The notes beneath the pieces are model-generated. The model did no database searches. It saw nothing but the letters and a program-made list of their open reading frames with translations, and had not been told where the DNA came from. This document shows positions 1 to 9,154 of a DNA stretch of 32,000 bases, piece by piece (the stretch's first letter is position 1; every line of letters begins with the position of its first letter). The translations under genes were made by a program, and so were the position numbers. Origin of the DNA: Erysipelothrix larvae (GTDB taxonomy: Bacteria > Bacillota_I > Bacilli_A > Erysipelotrichales > Erysipelotrichaceae); assembly GCF_001545095.1 (NCBI RefSeq), contig NZ_CP013213.1:750001-782000 (forward strand), given 5' to 3'.

Positions 1-1256
1 TTGGGTTCATCGAGTTGAATGATGGAACATACTTCAGAAATGCTCAGTGCGTATATGAATCATCACTTGAAGATGCTGATACAATAGCGAAGTATAACAC
101 AGGAACAGCTGTGACCATTACTGGGAAGTTCGTATTGACACCAGAAGGAAAACAACCTTTTGAGGTTGTACTGACTGAAGTCGTATTGGAAGGATCATGC
201 AGTCCTGAATACCCACTTCAGAAGAAACGTCACTCATATGAGTATTTACGCGAGATTGCACATTTGCGTCCACGTACTAACTCATTTTTAGCGGTGTTTA
301 GAGTTCGTTCAGTATTGTCTATGGCAATCCACGAGTTCTTCCAAAACCAAGGATTTGTCTATGTACACACACCAATCATTACAGGTAATGATGCAGAAGG
401 TGCTGGGGAATCATTTACAGTTACAACGCGTAGCGATGATAAGTATGACAAAGACTTCTTTGGAAAACATGCGAATTTAACCGTATCAGGACAACTTCAT
501 GGTGAGGCGTTTGCACTTGCATTTAGAGATATATATACATTTGGACCAACCTTCAGAGCTGAAAACTCAAATACTCGGACACATGCCAGTGAATTCTGGA
601 TGATTGAACCAGAAATCGCGTTTGCAGATCTTGAAGATACGATGGTCTTAATTGAAGACATGGTTAAATATTGCATTGAATATGTATTAGAAAACGCACC
701 AGAAGAAATGAAATTCTTCAATGAGCGTATTGATACATCACTCATGGAACGGCTTCAATCACTTTTAGTGTCAGACTTCAAACGGATGACGTATACAGAA
801 GCCATTGAAATTCTTGAAGCAGTCAATGATCGCTTTGAAACTCAAGTTTCATGGGGTTCTGATTTACAAACTGAACATGAACGTTATTTATGTGAAACCG
901 TTGTTAAGGGTCCAGTATTCTTAACAGATTATCCAGAAAATATCAAAGCATTTTATATGCGAGTAAATGAAGGCGGCAAAACAGTTGCTGCATGTGACCT
1001 TTTAGTCCCAGAAGTTGGCGAACTTGTTGGTGGGTCACAACGTGAAGAACGCTTGGACGTTTTAGAGGCTCGTATGGAGTCGATGGGCGTACACAAGGAA
1101 TCTCTTGAATGGTATTTAGATTTACGTCGCTACGGCGGTGTAAAGCATGCAGGATTCGGGATTGGGTTTGAGCGTTTCTTAATGTACATTACTGCAATGG
1201 CAAATATTCGTGATGTTGTGCCATTTGCACGTACACCTAAAAACTTAGACTATTAA
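1..1256 (+). CDS. asnS: asparagine--tRNA ligase, 5' end cut by the window edge
   Basis: The frame is open to the window start ([11 protein letters not shown]...). Class II AsnRS-type motifs are present: [29 protein letters not shown] and GFGIGFERF. Confidence 0.9.
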   Translation, partial: GFIELNDGTYFRNAQCVYESSLEDADTIAKYNTGTAVTITGKFVLTPEGKQPFEVVLTEVVLEGSCSPEYPLQKKRHSYEYLREIAHLRPRTNSFLAVFRVRSVLSMAIHEFFQNQGFVYVHTPIITGNDAEGAGESFTVTTRSDDKYDKDFFGKHANLTVSGQLHGEAFALAFRDIYTFGPTFRAENSNTRTHASEFWMIEPEIAFADLEDTMVLIEDMVKYCIEYVLENAPEEMKFFNERIDTSLMERLQSLLVSDFKRMTYTEAIEILEAVNDRFETQVSWGSDLQTEHERYLCETVVKGPVFLTDYPENIKAFYMRVNEGGKTVAACDLLVPEVGELVGGSQREERLDVLEARMESMGVHKESLEWYLDLRRYGGVKHAGFGIGFERFLMYITAMANIRDVVPFARTPKNLDY

Positions 1257-1272
1257 CATAAGGAGTTGAGGA

Positions 1273-2595
1273 ATGATGTATCGCCCCAACTATGTACCAA
1301 AGCAAAAGAAAAAGTTAAACTACAAAGTGGTTGTACCACTTGTAGTTCTTTTTGCTTTAGGCATGTATATCATTGTTGCGACTTTAATCAAAAATGAAAC
1401 ACCCCAAGAAACGGGGTATGCAATTTGTGGACTCAATGACTATGATTCTAGAAAACTCCTTGAAAAACGTCAAGAAGAAGTCTTAAAAAATATGGAGACC
1501 CTTCCAATGAATGATTATGGTGTCTACGGAGAGTCGTTAACTCTCTATCAAAACGCGTTCTCATTTAATACTGCAGACCCAATGATTGGAAGAACTGTAA
1601 CCTTAACAAATCTCTGTAAGCCACAAGAGCAATTTACGTTCTTATTTGGTAGCAATCTTGATATGCGTATTCCACTGGATACATTGCCAGAAGGATTCTA
1701 TGATGTCGATGTTTTAGCGGATTTAAAACACTATGCTTTAGTGTCGGATGCAACACTGACTGATACATTTTCAACCGTTGTTCGTGATGGTCTTGTTAAT
1801 AATGCGACAATTCACGCTACCCAAGATCTCTTTGATATTGGTGAAGAAAAAGTTCTGAATAAAAACTATGTGTTTTTGGAAGTAAAATCAGCACAACCTG
1901 CTGAAGAAGAATACGATATCGTTCTGGATCCTGCAGGCGGTTCAATTCAATACAACGGGACATCTGACCCTGGAAATACCTATGGCGAGTTTATTGAACG
2001 TGATGAAATGTATACAGCAGCAGTTGAAATCAAAAGTATCTTAGAATCCCATGGATTGCGTGTATTAATTGCACGGGATAATATCACACCGGTCAATGTT
2101 TTTGGTGCAGGTGGGCGGATTTACGATGCCTATAATTTCAAGGCAAAATACTACATTCAACTTCAACTGGGAACCAGTGGTTCTTCGATGGATCGGGGAA
2201 TGATGAGTCTATTCTCAAATCATGCATCCAATCGCTTATCAACCTCTATTGTAAACAGCTTACTACGCTCAACAAGCCTTCAAACAACACCTTACGATGA
2301 TGGAGACAATATCAATGGTGTTTTCCGTACGAGCAGCTTGTCTGGGTTTGATTACAACGATGTAGTGAGAGAAACTGGCGGTAAGTTTACAGGATCTGGT
2401 TTATTGGATGAAGACTTTAGTGAACTACAGGGGTTTGCGAAAGATTTTCGTAATGGAATGTATGGCATCACACTTTTATATGGGTATCTCACCGATGGTG
2501 ATGATTATCATGTGTGGTCAACTGAAAAAGATAAAATAATAGAAGCAACTGCACAAGGAATCCTTGATCAGTTGAATATTGGTGGAGAAAATTAA
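1273..2595 (+). CDS. membrane-anchored protein with a C-terminal N-acetylmuramoyl-L-alanine amidase (Amidase_3/LytC)-like domain that looks metal-ligand deficient
   Basis: AAGGAG lies 7 nt upstream of the ATG. There is an N-terminal TM segment (VVVPLVVLFALGMYIIVATLI). The C-terminal half follows the Amidase_3 pattern (YDIVLDPAGGS ... ERDEMYTAAVEIKSILESHGLRVLIARDN ... YYIQLQLG ... VVRETGG), but the two His positions read Ala and Gln. Confidence 0.6.
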   Translation: MMYRPNYVPKQKKKLNYKVVVPLVVLFALGMYIIVATLIKNETPQETGYAICGLNDYDSRKLLEKRQEEVLKNMETLPMNDYGVYGESLTLYQNAFSFNTADPMIGRTVTLTNLCKPQEQFTFLFGSNLDMRIPLDTLPEGFYDVDVLADLKHYALVSDATLTDTFSTVVRDGLVNNATIHATQDLFDIGEEKVLNKNYVFLEVKSAQPAEEEYDIVLDPAGGSIQYNGTSDPGNTYGEFIERDEMYTAAVEIKSILESHGLRVLIARDNITPVNVFGAGGRIYDAYNFKAKYYIQLQLGTSGSSMDRGMMSLFSNHASNRLSTSIVNSLLRSTSLQTTPYDDGDNINGVFRTSSLSGFDYNDVVRETGGKFTGSGLLDEDFSELQGFAKDFRNGMYGITLLYGYLTDGDDYHVWSTEKDKIIEATAQGILDQLNIGGEN

Positions 2596-4448
2596 TGATT
2601 GTACAAGTCAAAGACGCTGACAAAGCTTTTGGAGGTCAGGACGTCTTTAAGAATTTAAATCTAAGCATCAATGAGCGGGAAAAAGTCGCAATCATTGGTG
2701 CAAACGGTGTAGGTAAAACTACACTTTTTAAAGTCTTAAATGGTCAAGAAACACTTGACAAAGGAAATGTTTACTGGAATTCAAAATCAAAGGTGGGCTT
2801 TTTAGACCAAATTCACCTTGATCCAGATCCATTAACTGTTGAAGACTATATCCTTGAAGTGTTCAAAGATTTAATTGAAATGGAAGCACGACTTCAAACA
2901 CTCGAACAAAATATGACCCAAGATTCGGATGAATCCATGATGGAAACCTACTCAAAACTCCAAACCGAGTTTTCAATGCGAGGGGGTTATACCTATCACT
3001 ATGAAATTCGCTCATTTTTCACAAAGTTTGGCTTTGATGATGAAGACTTAAAGCGCGATATTCATACCTTTAGTGGTGGACAAATTACACGCCTTGCATT
3101 CATTCGACTCTTATTAAGCAAGCCTGATATTCTGTTTTTGGATGAACCTACAAACCATCTTGATATTTCAACAATCCAATGGCTTGAAGGCTACCTTTCA
3201 AATTATGAAGGGGCTGTTGTATTAATATCACACGACCGTTTATTCTTAGATCGCGTGTGTAAAGTAGTTATTGAGATTGAAGACATGGTTGCGACACGCT
3301 ATGAAAGCAATTATTCAAATTACATTGAATTAAAAGAAAAAGCCATCGCAACACATAATGTTAAGTTCCAACAACAACAAAAAGAAATACAACGCTTAGA
3401 AGCCCTTATTGAGAAATTTCGCTATAAAAAGAATAAGGCAGCATTTGCGCAATCAAAAATGAAATACCTTGATCGCATGGATGTGATGGAGAAAAAAGAA
3501 GTTAAAAATAAGGAATTCAAAGCAGAGTTTTCACCCAATGTACGCGGTGGGAATGATGTCATGACCGTTGATAACTTCTCAGTGGGGTATGATAAACCAC
3601 TGGTGACCTTATCCTTTGAATTCAAGCGTGGTAAACGGTATGCAATTGTCGGGGATAATGGAACAGGAAAATCAACACTTCTAAAATCAATTTCTGGCAA
3701 ATTAGAACCTTTAGGTGGAGAGCTCCTATTGGGACATCAAATATCCATTGGATACTTTGACCAACAACTCCTTGATTTCTCAATGACAAATACCGTACTT
3801 GAAGAAGTTTGGGACACATACCCACAACTCACGCAAACAGAAGTGCGTCAAAGTTTGGGACGCTTCTTATTCAAAGGGGAAGATGTGTTCAAAAGTGTCG
3901 CGGTTTTATCGGGGGGTGAAAGAGTTCGTCTCAGTTTGGTTAAACTCATGTTAGCCCATGATAACCTGTTGATTCTTGATGAGCCAACCAACCACTTGGA
4001 CATACCTGGAAAAGAAGCTTTAGAAAAATCACTGAAGAATTATGCGGGAACGATCCTCTTTGTATCTCATGATCGTTACTTTATCGAAACAATCGCGACC
4101 GACATTTTACGTATTAGTGATCACAAAATAGAGCATACACAAAAAAGTGACAAGACCTTTGAGGTCTCTACACCCAATGAATACCCTGAGAAAAAGGAAG
4201 AAAAGAAACAACAATACATCGATTTCAAACAACTTCAAAGGCGTATTAAGAAACTTGAAGAGGAGTTATTGGAACTTTCAGAGTCTTTAGAACTCCACCG
4301 TGAATTGCGATTTGATCCAGATTATTATCATGATCATAATAAAATGCAAGAACTCGATGCGACCATTGATGAGATCCATAATGATATTAAACAAAGAGAG
4401 CATGAGTGGACTGAACTGGTGGAAACAATGGAAGAAACGCAAAAATAG
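2595..4448 (+). CDS. ABC-F family ATPase: two ABC domains, no TM domain, C-terminal coiled-coil tail
   Basis: Two Walker A sites (GANGVGKTT, GDNGTGKST). Two signature motifs (FSGGQITRLA, LSGGERVRLS). Two Walker B sites (ILFLDEPTNHLD, LLILDEPTNHLD). A basic inter-domain linker (KFRYKKNKAAFAQSKMKYLDRM). TAATG start/stop overlap with the upstream gene. Confidence 0.9.
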   Translation: MIVQVKDADKAFGGQDVFKNLNLSINEREKVAIIGANGVGKTTLFKVLNGQETLDKGNVYWNSKSKVGFLDQIHLDPDPLTVEDYILEVFKDLIEMEARLQTLEQNMTQDSDESMMETYSKLQTEFSMRGGYTYHYEIRSFFTKFGFDDEDLKRDIHTFSGGQITRLAFIRLLLSKPDILFLDEPTNHLDISTIQWLEGYLSNYEGAVVLISHDRLFLDRVCKVVIEIEDMVATRYESNYSNYIELKEKAIATHNVKFQQQQKEIQRLEALIEKFRYKKNKAAFAQSKMKYLDRMDVMEKKEVKNKEFKAEFSPNVRGGNDVMTVDNFSVGYDKPLVTLSFEFKRGKRYAIVGDNGTGKSTLLKSISGKLEPLGGELLLGHQISIGYFDQQLLDFSMTNTVLEEVWDTYPQLTQTEVRQSLGRFLFKGEDVFKSVAVLSGGERVRLSLVKLMLAHDNLLILDEPTNHLDIPGKEALEKSLKNYAGTILFVSHDRYFIETIATDILRISDHKIEHTQKSDKTFEVSTPNEYPEKKEEKKQQYIDFKQLQRRIKKLEEELLELSESLELHRELRFDPDYYHDHNKMQELDATIDEIHNDIKQREHEWTELVETMEETQK

Positions 4449-4474
4449 GATTGCTTGAAGCAGTCCTATTTTTT
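4446..4474 (+). terminator. rho-independent terminator after the ABC-F gene
   Basis: taggattgc-ttga-agcagtccta stem with one G.T pair, followed by TTTTTT, starting at the stop codon. Confidence 0.7.
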
Positions 4475-4614
4475 ATGGTTTCAAAGCACCGTTTTTTTCA
4501 AAGAGGCTTTTTATCATCACAATAATATCTCTATAATCTAAAATGTGACAGAATAAAGCAAAAAGTAAGCAAGCGTGATTCAATGATGGAGCACGATATA
4601 TTAAACGATTGCAT

Positions 4615-4671
4615 AAAAAATGAGATGGTTTCAGTTGAGCATCTATCTTTAGATCTTCTGATAACCATCTC
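4615..4671 (-). terminator. long imperfect hairpin, probable terminator of the gpmA-gnd-zwf operon
   Basis: Outer stem is gagatggtt (4622-4630) with aaccatctc (4663-4671). Inner pairings are tcag/ctga and atct/agat. On the - strand the hairpin is followed by ATTTTTT. Confidence 0.45.
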
Positions 4672-4725
4672 TCTTTTCTTTAATTTCAAACCATTGCATT
4701 CACGTTTAATTTAATCATATAAGGT

Positions 4726-6183
4726 TCATTCGTTATGTTCAATTTCATATACATCCCCTAAGACTTGTTCACTAAACCACGTTGTATGGTGTTGTTTTAG
4801 TAAGTCGTGTGAGGCTTGTGGACCATCCGTATAAGCCTTATAATCATGGATTGGGTTGTTTTGTGATGCTTCAATCCAGGATTCCACAAGGGTCCAACAT
4901 TGAACGACTTGTTTGAATGAAGCAAACAGTGTGTGGTCATTGTTGAGTGCCGCATTCAATAAGCGCTCATAAGCTTCAGGTGTTTCTTGTCTGAAAACAT
5001 AGTTACATGACTTACAAAAATCAAGATACACAGTTTGTTTCTCACCATCGGTACCCGGTTTATTCATGTTGAAGCGAACATAGACCCCTTCATCTGGTTG
5101 AATCTTTATTACAATCAGATTGCGTGGTGCGTGTTCTTGTGACTTCAATTCCACAACCACTTCCGTTGAACGCCGGTGCATCCGTTTACCCGTTCTAACA
5201 AAAATCGGTACATTGTGAAGGCGCGGTGTTTCAACATATCCTTTAAAAGCGACAAAGGTTTCTGTCTTTGATTGCGAATTAACGTTGTCTTCATTAATGT
5301 AAGACTTCGAGTCCTTGTGTTCAGTATATTGACCATAGACAATATCAGTTTGAGGATTTCGAATCGTAAATGCATCTAATGCATTTTCTTGCATTGTATG
5401 AAGATCAGTTGCATCTAAAGATAGCGGTTTTTCCATGGTCACAATGGATAAGACTTGAAGCAGATGTGATTGAATCATATCTTTTAATGCCCCGACTGTA
5501 TCATAGAAATTTCCACGGCTCTCAACACCAACAGTCTCAGTTGCGGATATTTGAATGTTATCAATCATATCTGCATTCCATACACTTTCAAACAGTGCAT
5601 TCTCAAACCGTAAGGTTAAGATATTTTGAACCATTTCTTTGGCTAAATAATGATCAATGCGAAAGATGTTCTCTGGATTAAACAGCTGTTCTAAAGCTTC
5701 ATTAATGGCTATTGAAGACTTTAAATCATTCCCAAAAGGTTTTTCAATGATTAAACGTGCTTCATCAGCTAAACCAGCTTTATTGAGATGATTTGCAATT
5801 GTCACAAAGTAAGAAGGGGATACTGCGAAATAGAATAAGTGTTGATGGACGATGCCATCACTTTTATCCAATGAACTGTAAAAGTCCCTTAAATGTGGAT
5901 ACCCTTCAAACTCTGTGAATGTTATTTTGATATAGTGTATGTGATTTAAAAACTGATCAAATACGGCATCATTCACTGAATAGCGACTGTTGGATTCAAT
6001 CCAAGGTCTCAGTTGTTCACGATAGGATTCGGTTGTGAAATCACGCCGACCTACAATGACAATATGTGAAGATGCGCTAAACTTATTACCATGTACCAAA
6101 TTGTAAAAAGCAGGTAACAGTTTTCGGTAGGTTAAATCTCCAGTTCCCCCAAAAATGGTAATAATTGTGTTAGGATTATTCAT
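4726..6183 (-). CDS. zwf: glucose-6-phosphate 1-dehydrogenase
   Basis: IFGGTGDLTYRKLLPA NADP-binding motif, RIDHYLAKE active-site motif and EKP motif. I chose the ATG at 6183 (MNNPNTIITIFGG), which gives an ATGAATAA overlap with the gnd stop. The ORF-track start at 6258 adds 25 non-conserved residues that lie inside gnd. Confidence 0.9.
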   Translation of the reverse strand: MNNPNTIITIFGGTGDLTYRKLLPAFYNLVHGNKFSASSHIVIVGRRDFTTESYREQLRPWIESNSRYSVNDAVFDQFLNHIHYIKITFTEFEGYPHLRDFYSSLDKSDGIVHQHLFYFAVSPSYFVTIANHLNKAGLADEARLIIEKPFGNDLKSSIAINEALEQLFNPENIFRIDHYLAKEMVQNILTLRFENALFESVWNADMIDNIQISATETVGVESRGNFYDTVGALKDMIQSHLLQVLSIVTMEKPLSLDATDLHTMQENALDAFTIRNPQTDIVYGQYTEHKDSKSYINEDNVNSQSKTETFVAFKGYVETPRLHNVPIFVRTGKRMHRRSTEVVVELKSQEHAPRNLIVIKIQPDEGVYVRFNMNKPGTDGEKQTVYLDFCKSCNYVFRQETPEAYERLLNAALNNDHTLFASFKQVVQCWTLVESWIEASQNNPIHDYKAYTDGPQASHDLLKQHHTTWFSEQVLGDVYEIEHNE

Positions 6184-7594
6184 TTGAGTCACTCCATTCA
6201 AAATGGAATGTCCCTTCCTTGTCCGTACGTTCAAAGGTATGTGCTCCAAAGAGGTCACGTTGTGCCTGAATTAGGTTTGCACTTGAATCTTTTGTACGAA
6301 TTGCATCGTAGTAGCTCAATGCATTGGTAAATGCAGGGACACTAATACCGTTTTGAATCGCAAGCGATAAGACATTTCTTAACTCTGGTTGATAGTTATA
6401 CACTGATTGATTAAATGAAGCATCGAACAATAAGTTTTCAAGCTCTGGATTTGTAGTATAAGCATCGGTAATTTTATTAAGGAACTTCGCACGGATAATG
6501 CATCCTTCGCGGAATATCTTCGCAATTTCACCATAATGAAGCGTCCAACCATATTCTTTTGATGCATGACGCATCAAGTCAAACCCTTGTGCATATGCAA
6601 TAATCTTACTTGCATAGAGGGCTTTACGAACAGACTCTACAAATGCATTCTTATCTTCAGGATGCACGTTTTTGCCGTTGAATTTCAACATGTCACTCGC
6701 CTTAGTACGAATGTCTTTTTGTGATGACATGAAGCGTGAGAATACCGATGAAGCCAGTAGGGATGCATCAGTGCCTGTATTTAAGGCTTCTTCTGCAGTC
6801 CATTTACCCGTTCCTTTTTGACCCGCTCGATCAAGAATCACATCCACAAGATGTTTTCCAGTCTCTGGATCAATTGTTTTAAAGATTTGAGCGGTGATTT
6901 CAATCAAGAAGCTATCCAGTTCACCATTATTCCAGGTTTCAAACACATAGTGAAGTTCTTCATTGGTAAGACCACCCACATGTTTTAATAAGGCATAGCT
7001 TTCCGCAATTAATTGCATATCTGCATATTCAATACCATTGTGAACCATTTTTACATAATGCCCTGCACCATTGTCTCCAAGGTAGACACAGCATGGTTCA
7101 CCATCTTTTTTCGCAGAAATATCAGTGAGGATTGATGCAACTTCTTGATACGCGTCAAGACTTCCACCTGGCATAATTGACGGACCAAAACGTGCACCTT
7201 CTTCACCACCGGAAATACCAACTCCGAGATAGCGAAGTTTCTTTTCAGTTACAGCGTGGTAACGTCGAATCGTATCCTTGAAAAATGAATTACCACCATC
7301 CATGATGATATCATTTTCATCAAGAAGTGGGAGCAGTTGATCAATTACAAGATCAACAGCACGTCCAGCTTGGACCATTAATATAATTTTACGTGGTGAT
7401 GATAGCGAGTCAACAAAATCCTGAATGTCTTTGTACATGTGTAATCCTGCATCGGGATTCTCTTCAATTACTTTCTCTGCTACCGAAGTCGTCCGATTAT
7501 AGATTGCAACCTCATATCCGTGATCACGGATGTTTAATGCTAGGTTTGAACCCATTACGGCCATACCAATAACGCCAATATCATTTTTATTCAT
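6176..7594 (-). CDS. gnd: 6-phosphogluconate dehydrogenase, decarboxylating
   Basis: N-terminal GVIGMAVMGSNLALN Rossmann motif, plus GAGHYVKMVHNGIEYADMQLIAE and QAQRDLFGAHTFER. An AGGAGGA RBS lies upstream. Confidence 0.95.
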   Translation of the reverse strand: MNKNDIGVIGMAVMGSNLALNIRDHGYEVAIYNRTTSVAEKVIEENPDAGLHMYKDIQDFVDSLSSPRKIILMVQAGRAVDLVIDQLLPLLDENDIIMDGGNSFFKDTIRRYHAVTEKKLRYLGVGISGGEEGARFGPSIMPGGSLDAYQEVASILTDISAKKDGEPCCVYLGDNGAGHYVKMVHNGIEYADMQLIAESYALLKHVGGLTNEELHYVFETWNNGELDSFLIEITAQIFKTIDPETGKHLVDVILDRAGQKGTGKWTAEEALNTGTDASLLASSVFSRFMSSQKDIRTKASDMLKFNGKNVHPEDKNAFVESVRKALYASKIIAYAQGFDLMRHASKEYGWTLHYGEIAKIFREGCIIRAKFLNKITDAYTTNPELENLLFDASFNQSVYNYQPELRNVLSLAIQNGISVPAFTNALSYYDAIRTKDSSANLIQAQRDLFGAHTFERTDKEGTFHFEWSDSNE

Positions 7595-7636
7595 AAAAAT
7601 CCTCCTGAATATATTTTATAGTAAAAGTTCAACAAA

Positions 7637-8392
7637 TCAATCTTTTCTTGATGAACCTTGAGCTGCCACAGCTTTCATTTTCGCCTCAATGGCTTGTTGA
7701 TCGCCGAGGTAATACTTATCGATAATGTTGAAATAATCATCAAATTGATAGATAAGTGGAATTCCTGTAGGAATGTTAACACCCATAATTTCTTCTTCAG
7801 AAAGTTTTTCTAAGTGTTTCACAAGTGCTCGAATTGAATTGCCATGGGCAACAATCAAGACACGTTTCCCTTCAACCATCTTCGGTTTGATCTCATTGTT
7901 CCAATAAGGAAGCACCCGTTGAATGGTTGTTTCAAGAGATTCATTTAAAGGCAAGGTTGATTTATCTTCAACATCACGATAGGTTTCATCGTTACGTGGT
8001 GCACGTGGATCATCAAGATTTAATTCTGGTGGTAATACATTAAAGGAGCGCCTCCAAAGGAGTACTTGTTCATCCCCATATTTCTCAGCAGTTTCTTGCT
8101 TATTTAATCCTTGTAACGCACCATAGTGACGTTCGTTCAATCTCCAGTGTTTATGAACTGGAAGCCATACACGGTCAAGTTCATTTAAGACGCGGTCTAA
8201 AGTATGAATTGCACGTTTTAAATACGACGTGTATGCAATGTCAAAGTCAAAATCAGCTTCTTTTAGAAGTTTCCCCCCTTGAATTGCTTCTTCAATTCCT
8301 TTTTCTGTTAGATCAACATCAGTCCAGCCGGTAAAACGATTTTCTTTATTCCATGCGCTTTCGCCATGACGAATAAGTACTAATTTTGTCAT
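7637..8392 (-). CDS. gpmA: 2,3-bisphosphoglycerate-dependent phosphoglycerate mutase
   Basis: [25 protein letters not shown] histidine-phosphatase motif, [12 protein letters not shown] and [21 protein letters not shown] is present. Confidence 0.95.
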   Translation of the reverse strand: MTKLVLIRHGESAWNKENRFTGWTDVDLTEKGIEEAIQGGKLLKEADFDFDIAYTSYLKRAIHTLDRVLNELDRVWLPVHKHWRLNERHYGALQGLNKQETAEKYGDEQVLLWRRSFNVLPPELNLDDPRAPRNDETYRDVEDKSTLPLNESLETTIQRVLPYWNNEIKPKMVEGKRVLIVAHGNSIRALVKHLEKLSEEEIMGVNIPTGIPLIYQFDDYFNIIDKYYLGDQQAIEAKMKAVAAQGSSRKD

Positions 8393-8459
8393 ATTTTATC
8401 CCTCCGTTTACGTTCATTTTAACTCATATGAACTTATTTTGAAAGTTCATCACCTTTAA

Positions 8460-8487
8460 ATTCTATGAATAATGAGTAAACTGTAAA
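8460..8487 (-). promoter_or_regulatory. putative sigma-A promoter of gpmA-gnd-zwf
   Basis: On the - strand: TTTACA, 16 nt, TAGAAT, about 70 nt upstream of the gpmA ATG. Confidence 0.45.
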
Positions 8488-8530
8488 AATTCGCTGATTT
8501 AACGGAAAAAACTATCAAATATTCATCATT

Positions 8531-8557
8531 TTAGCACTTAACACTTGACAGTGCTAA
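8531..8557 (+). promoter_or_regulatory. CIRCE element 1 (HrcA operator)
   Basis: TTAGCACTT-N9-CAGTGCTAA compared with the consensus TTAGCACTC-N9-GAGTGCTAA. It overlaps the -35 hexamer. Confidence 0.8.
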
Positions 8558-8573
8558 AACAGAGTGATATATT
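8545..8573 (+). promoter_or_regulatory. sigma-A promoter of the small heat-shock gene
   Basis: TTGACA (8545-8550), 17 nt, TATATT (8568-8573), with a TGn extended -10 at 8565-8567. Confidence 0.6.
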
Positions 8574-8584
8574 AATACTGTAAG

Positions 8585-8611
8585 TTAGCACACAGGTACT
8601 TAGAGTGCTAA
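8585..8611 (+). promoter_or_regulatory. CIRCE element 2 (HrcA operator)
   Basis: TTAGCACAC-N9-GAGTGCTAA, lying between the -10 and the AAAGGAGG RBS, so it sits in the 5' leader. Confidence 0.85.
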
Positions 8612-8624
8612 AAGGAGGCAAATT

Positions 8625-9029
8625 ATGAGAAACCAAGTAACACGCAGACCACAAAACTTAATCGAATCATTTTTCAATGATGATGTATTTTCAAACTTCA
8701 CGTATGGAAAAGACATTGATATTTATAGAAAAGACAATGCCTTTGTTGTAGAAGCAGATATCCCTGGATTTGACAAAGAAGACATTAGCCTTGATTTTAA
8801 AGGAGACATCCTTACAATCAGTGCTGAACGCAATGAAGAAGTAGAAGATACCTCGAAGAAAAATTATTACTATCGTTCACGTCAGGTAAAGCGATTCAAT
8901 CGTCAAATTCGATTCAGTGATGTCAATGCACATGAAATTAATGCATCGTATGATAATGGGGTACTTAAGATCACTTTACCAATTATTCATCAAGAAACCG
9001 CTGATACTCGTAAGATTGAAGTAAAATAG
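8625..9029 (+). CDS. Hsp20/alpha-crystallin family small heat-shock protein
   Basis: Alpha-crystallin domain pattern: FVVEADIPGFDKEDISLDFKGDILTISAER ... FNRQIRF ... ASYDNGVLKITLP. Strong RBS. Confidence 0.9.
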   Translation: MRNQVTRRPQNLIESFFNDDVFSNFTYGKDIDIYRKDNAFVVEADIPGFDKEDISLDFKGDILTISAERNEEVEDTSKKNYYYRSRQVKRFNRQIRFSDVNAHEINASYDNGVLKITLPIIHQETADTRKIEVK

Positions 9030-9037
9030 CACAAATT

Positions 9038-9063
9038 GAAGAGGGATTTTCCCTCTTTTTTTG
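9038..9063 (+). terminator. rho-independent terminator of the sHSP gene
   Basis: gaagaggga-tttt-ccctctt stem followed by a T-run. Confidence 0.75.
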
Positions 9064-9122
9064 ATTATTTGATGACATTCTTAAAAAGTGCCTTCTTTTT
9101 TTACAGGTATTGAGACTGAGAA

Positions 9123-9131
9123 TGATATAAT
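9123..9131 (+). promoter_or_regulatory. possible extended -10 promoter (TGaTATAAT) for the cca cluster
   Basis: TGATATAAT lies 24 nt upstream of the cca ATG. The only good -35 (TTTACA, 9100-9105) is 20 nt away, which is too far. Confidence 0.35.
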
Positions 9132-9154
9132 ATCCTTAAGTAGGTGATCACACG

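Noticed and set aside
497-745. Antisense ORF inside asnS. The same class includes 3422-3825, 5145-5681, 6379-6567, 9852-10148, 11374-11634, 12723-13050, 13903-14566, 15838-16146, 16311-16616, 16798-17440, 17760-18004, 18684-19019, 19102-19480, 20113-20419, 22589-24263, 25074-26558, 27276-27497, 29666-30054 and 30879-31157.
   Set aside because: All are embedded in, or antisense to, strongly supported genes. They lack an SD and have low-complexity or S/L/R-rich shadow-ORF composition.
4583-4714. A 43-aa + strand ORF (MMEHDILNDC...) in the convergent intergenic region.
   Set aside because: It has no SD and it runs through the terminator hairpin, so it is unlikely to be translated.
6184-6258. 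A 25-aa N-terminal extension of zwf in the ORF track (MTSLEHIPLNVRTRKGHSILNGVTQ).
   Set aside because: It lies entirely inside the gnd coding sequence and has no RBS. The conserved Zwf N-terminus begins at MNNPNTIITIFGGTGDL.
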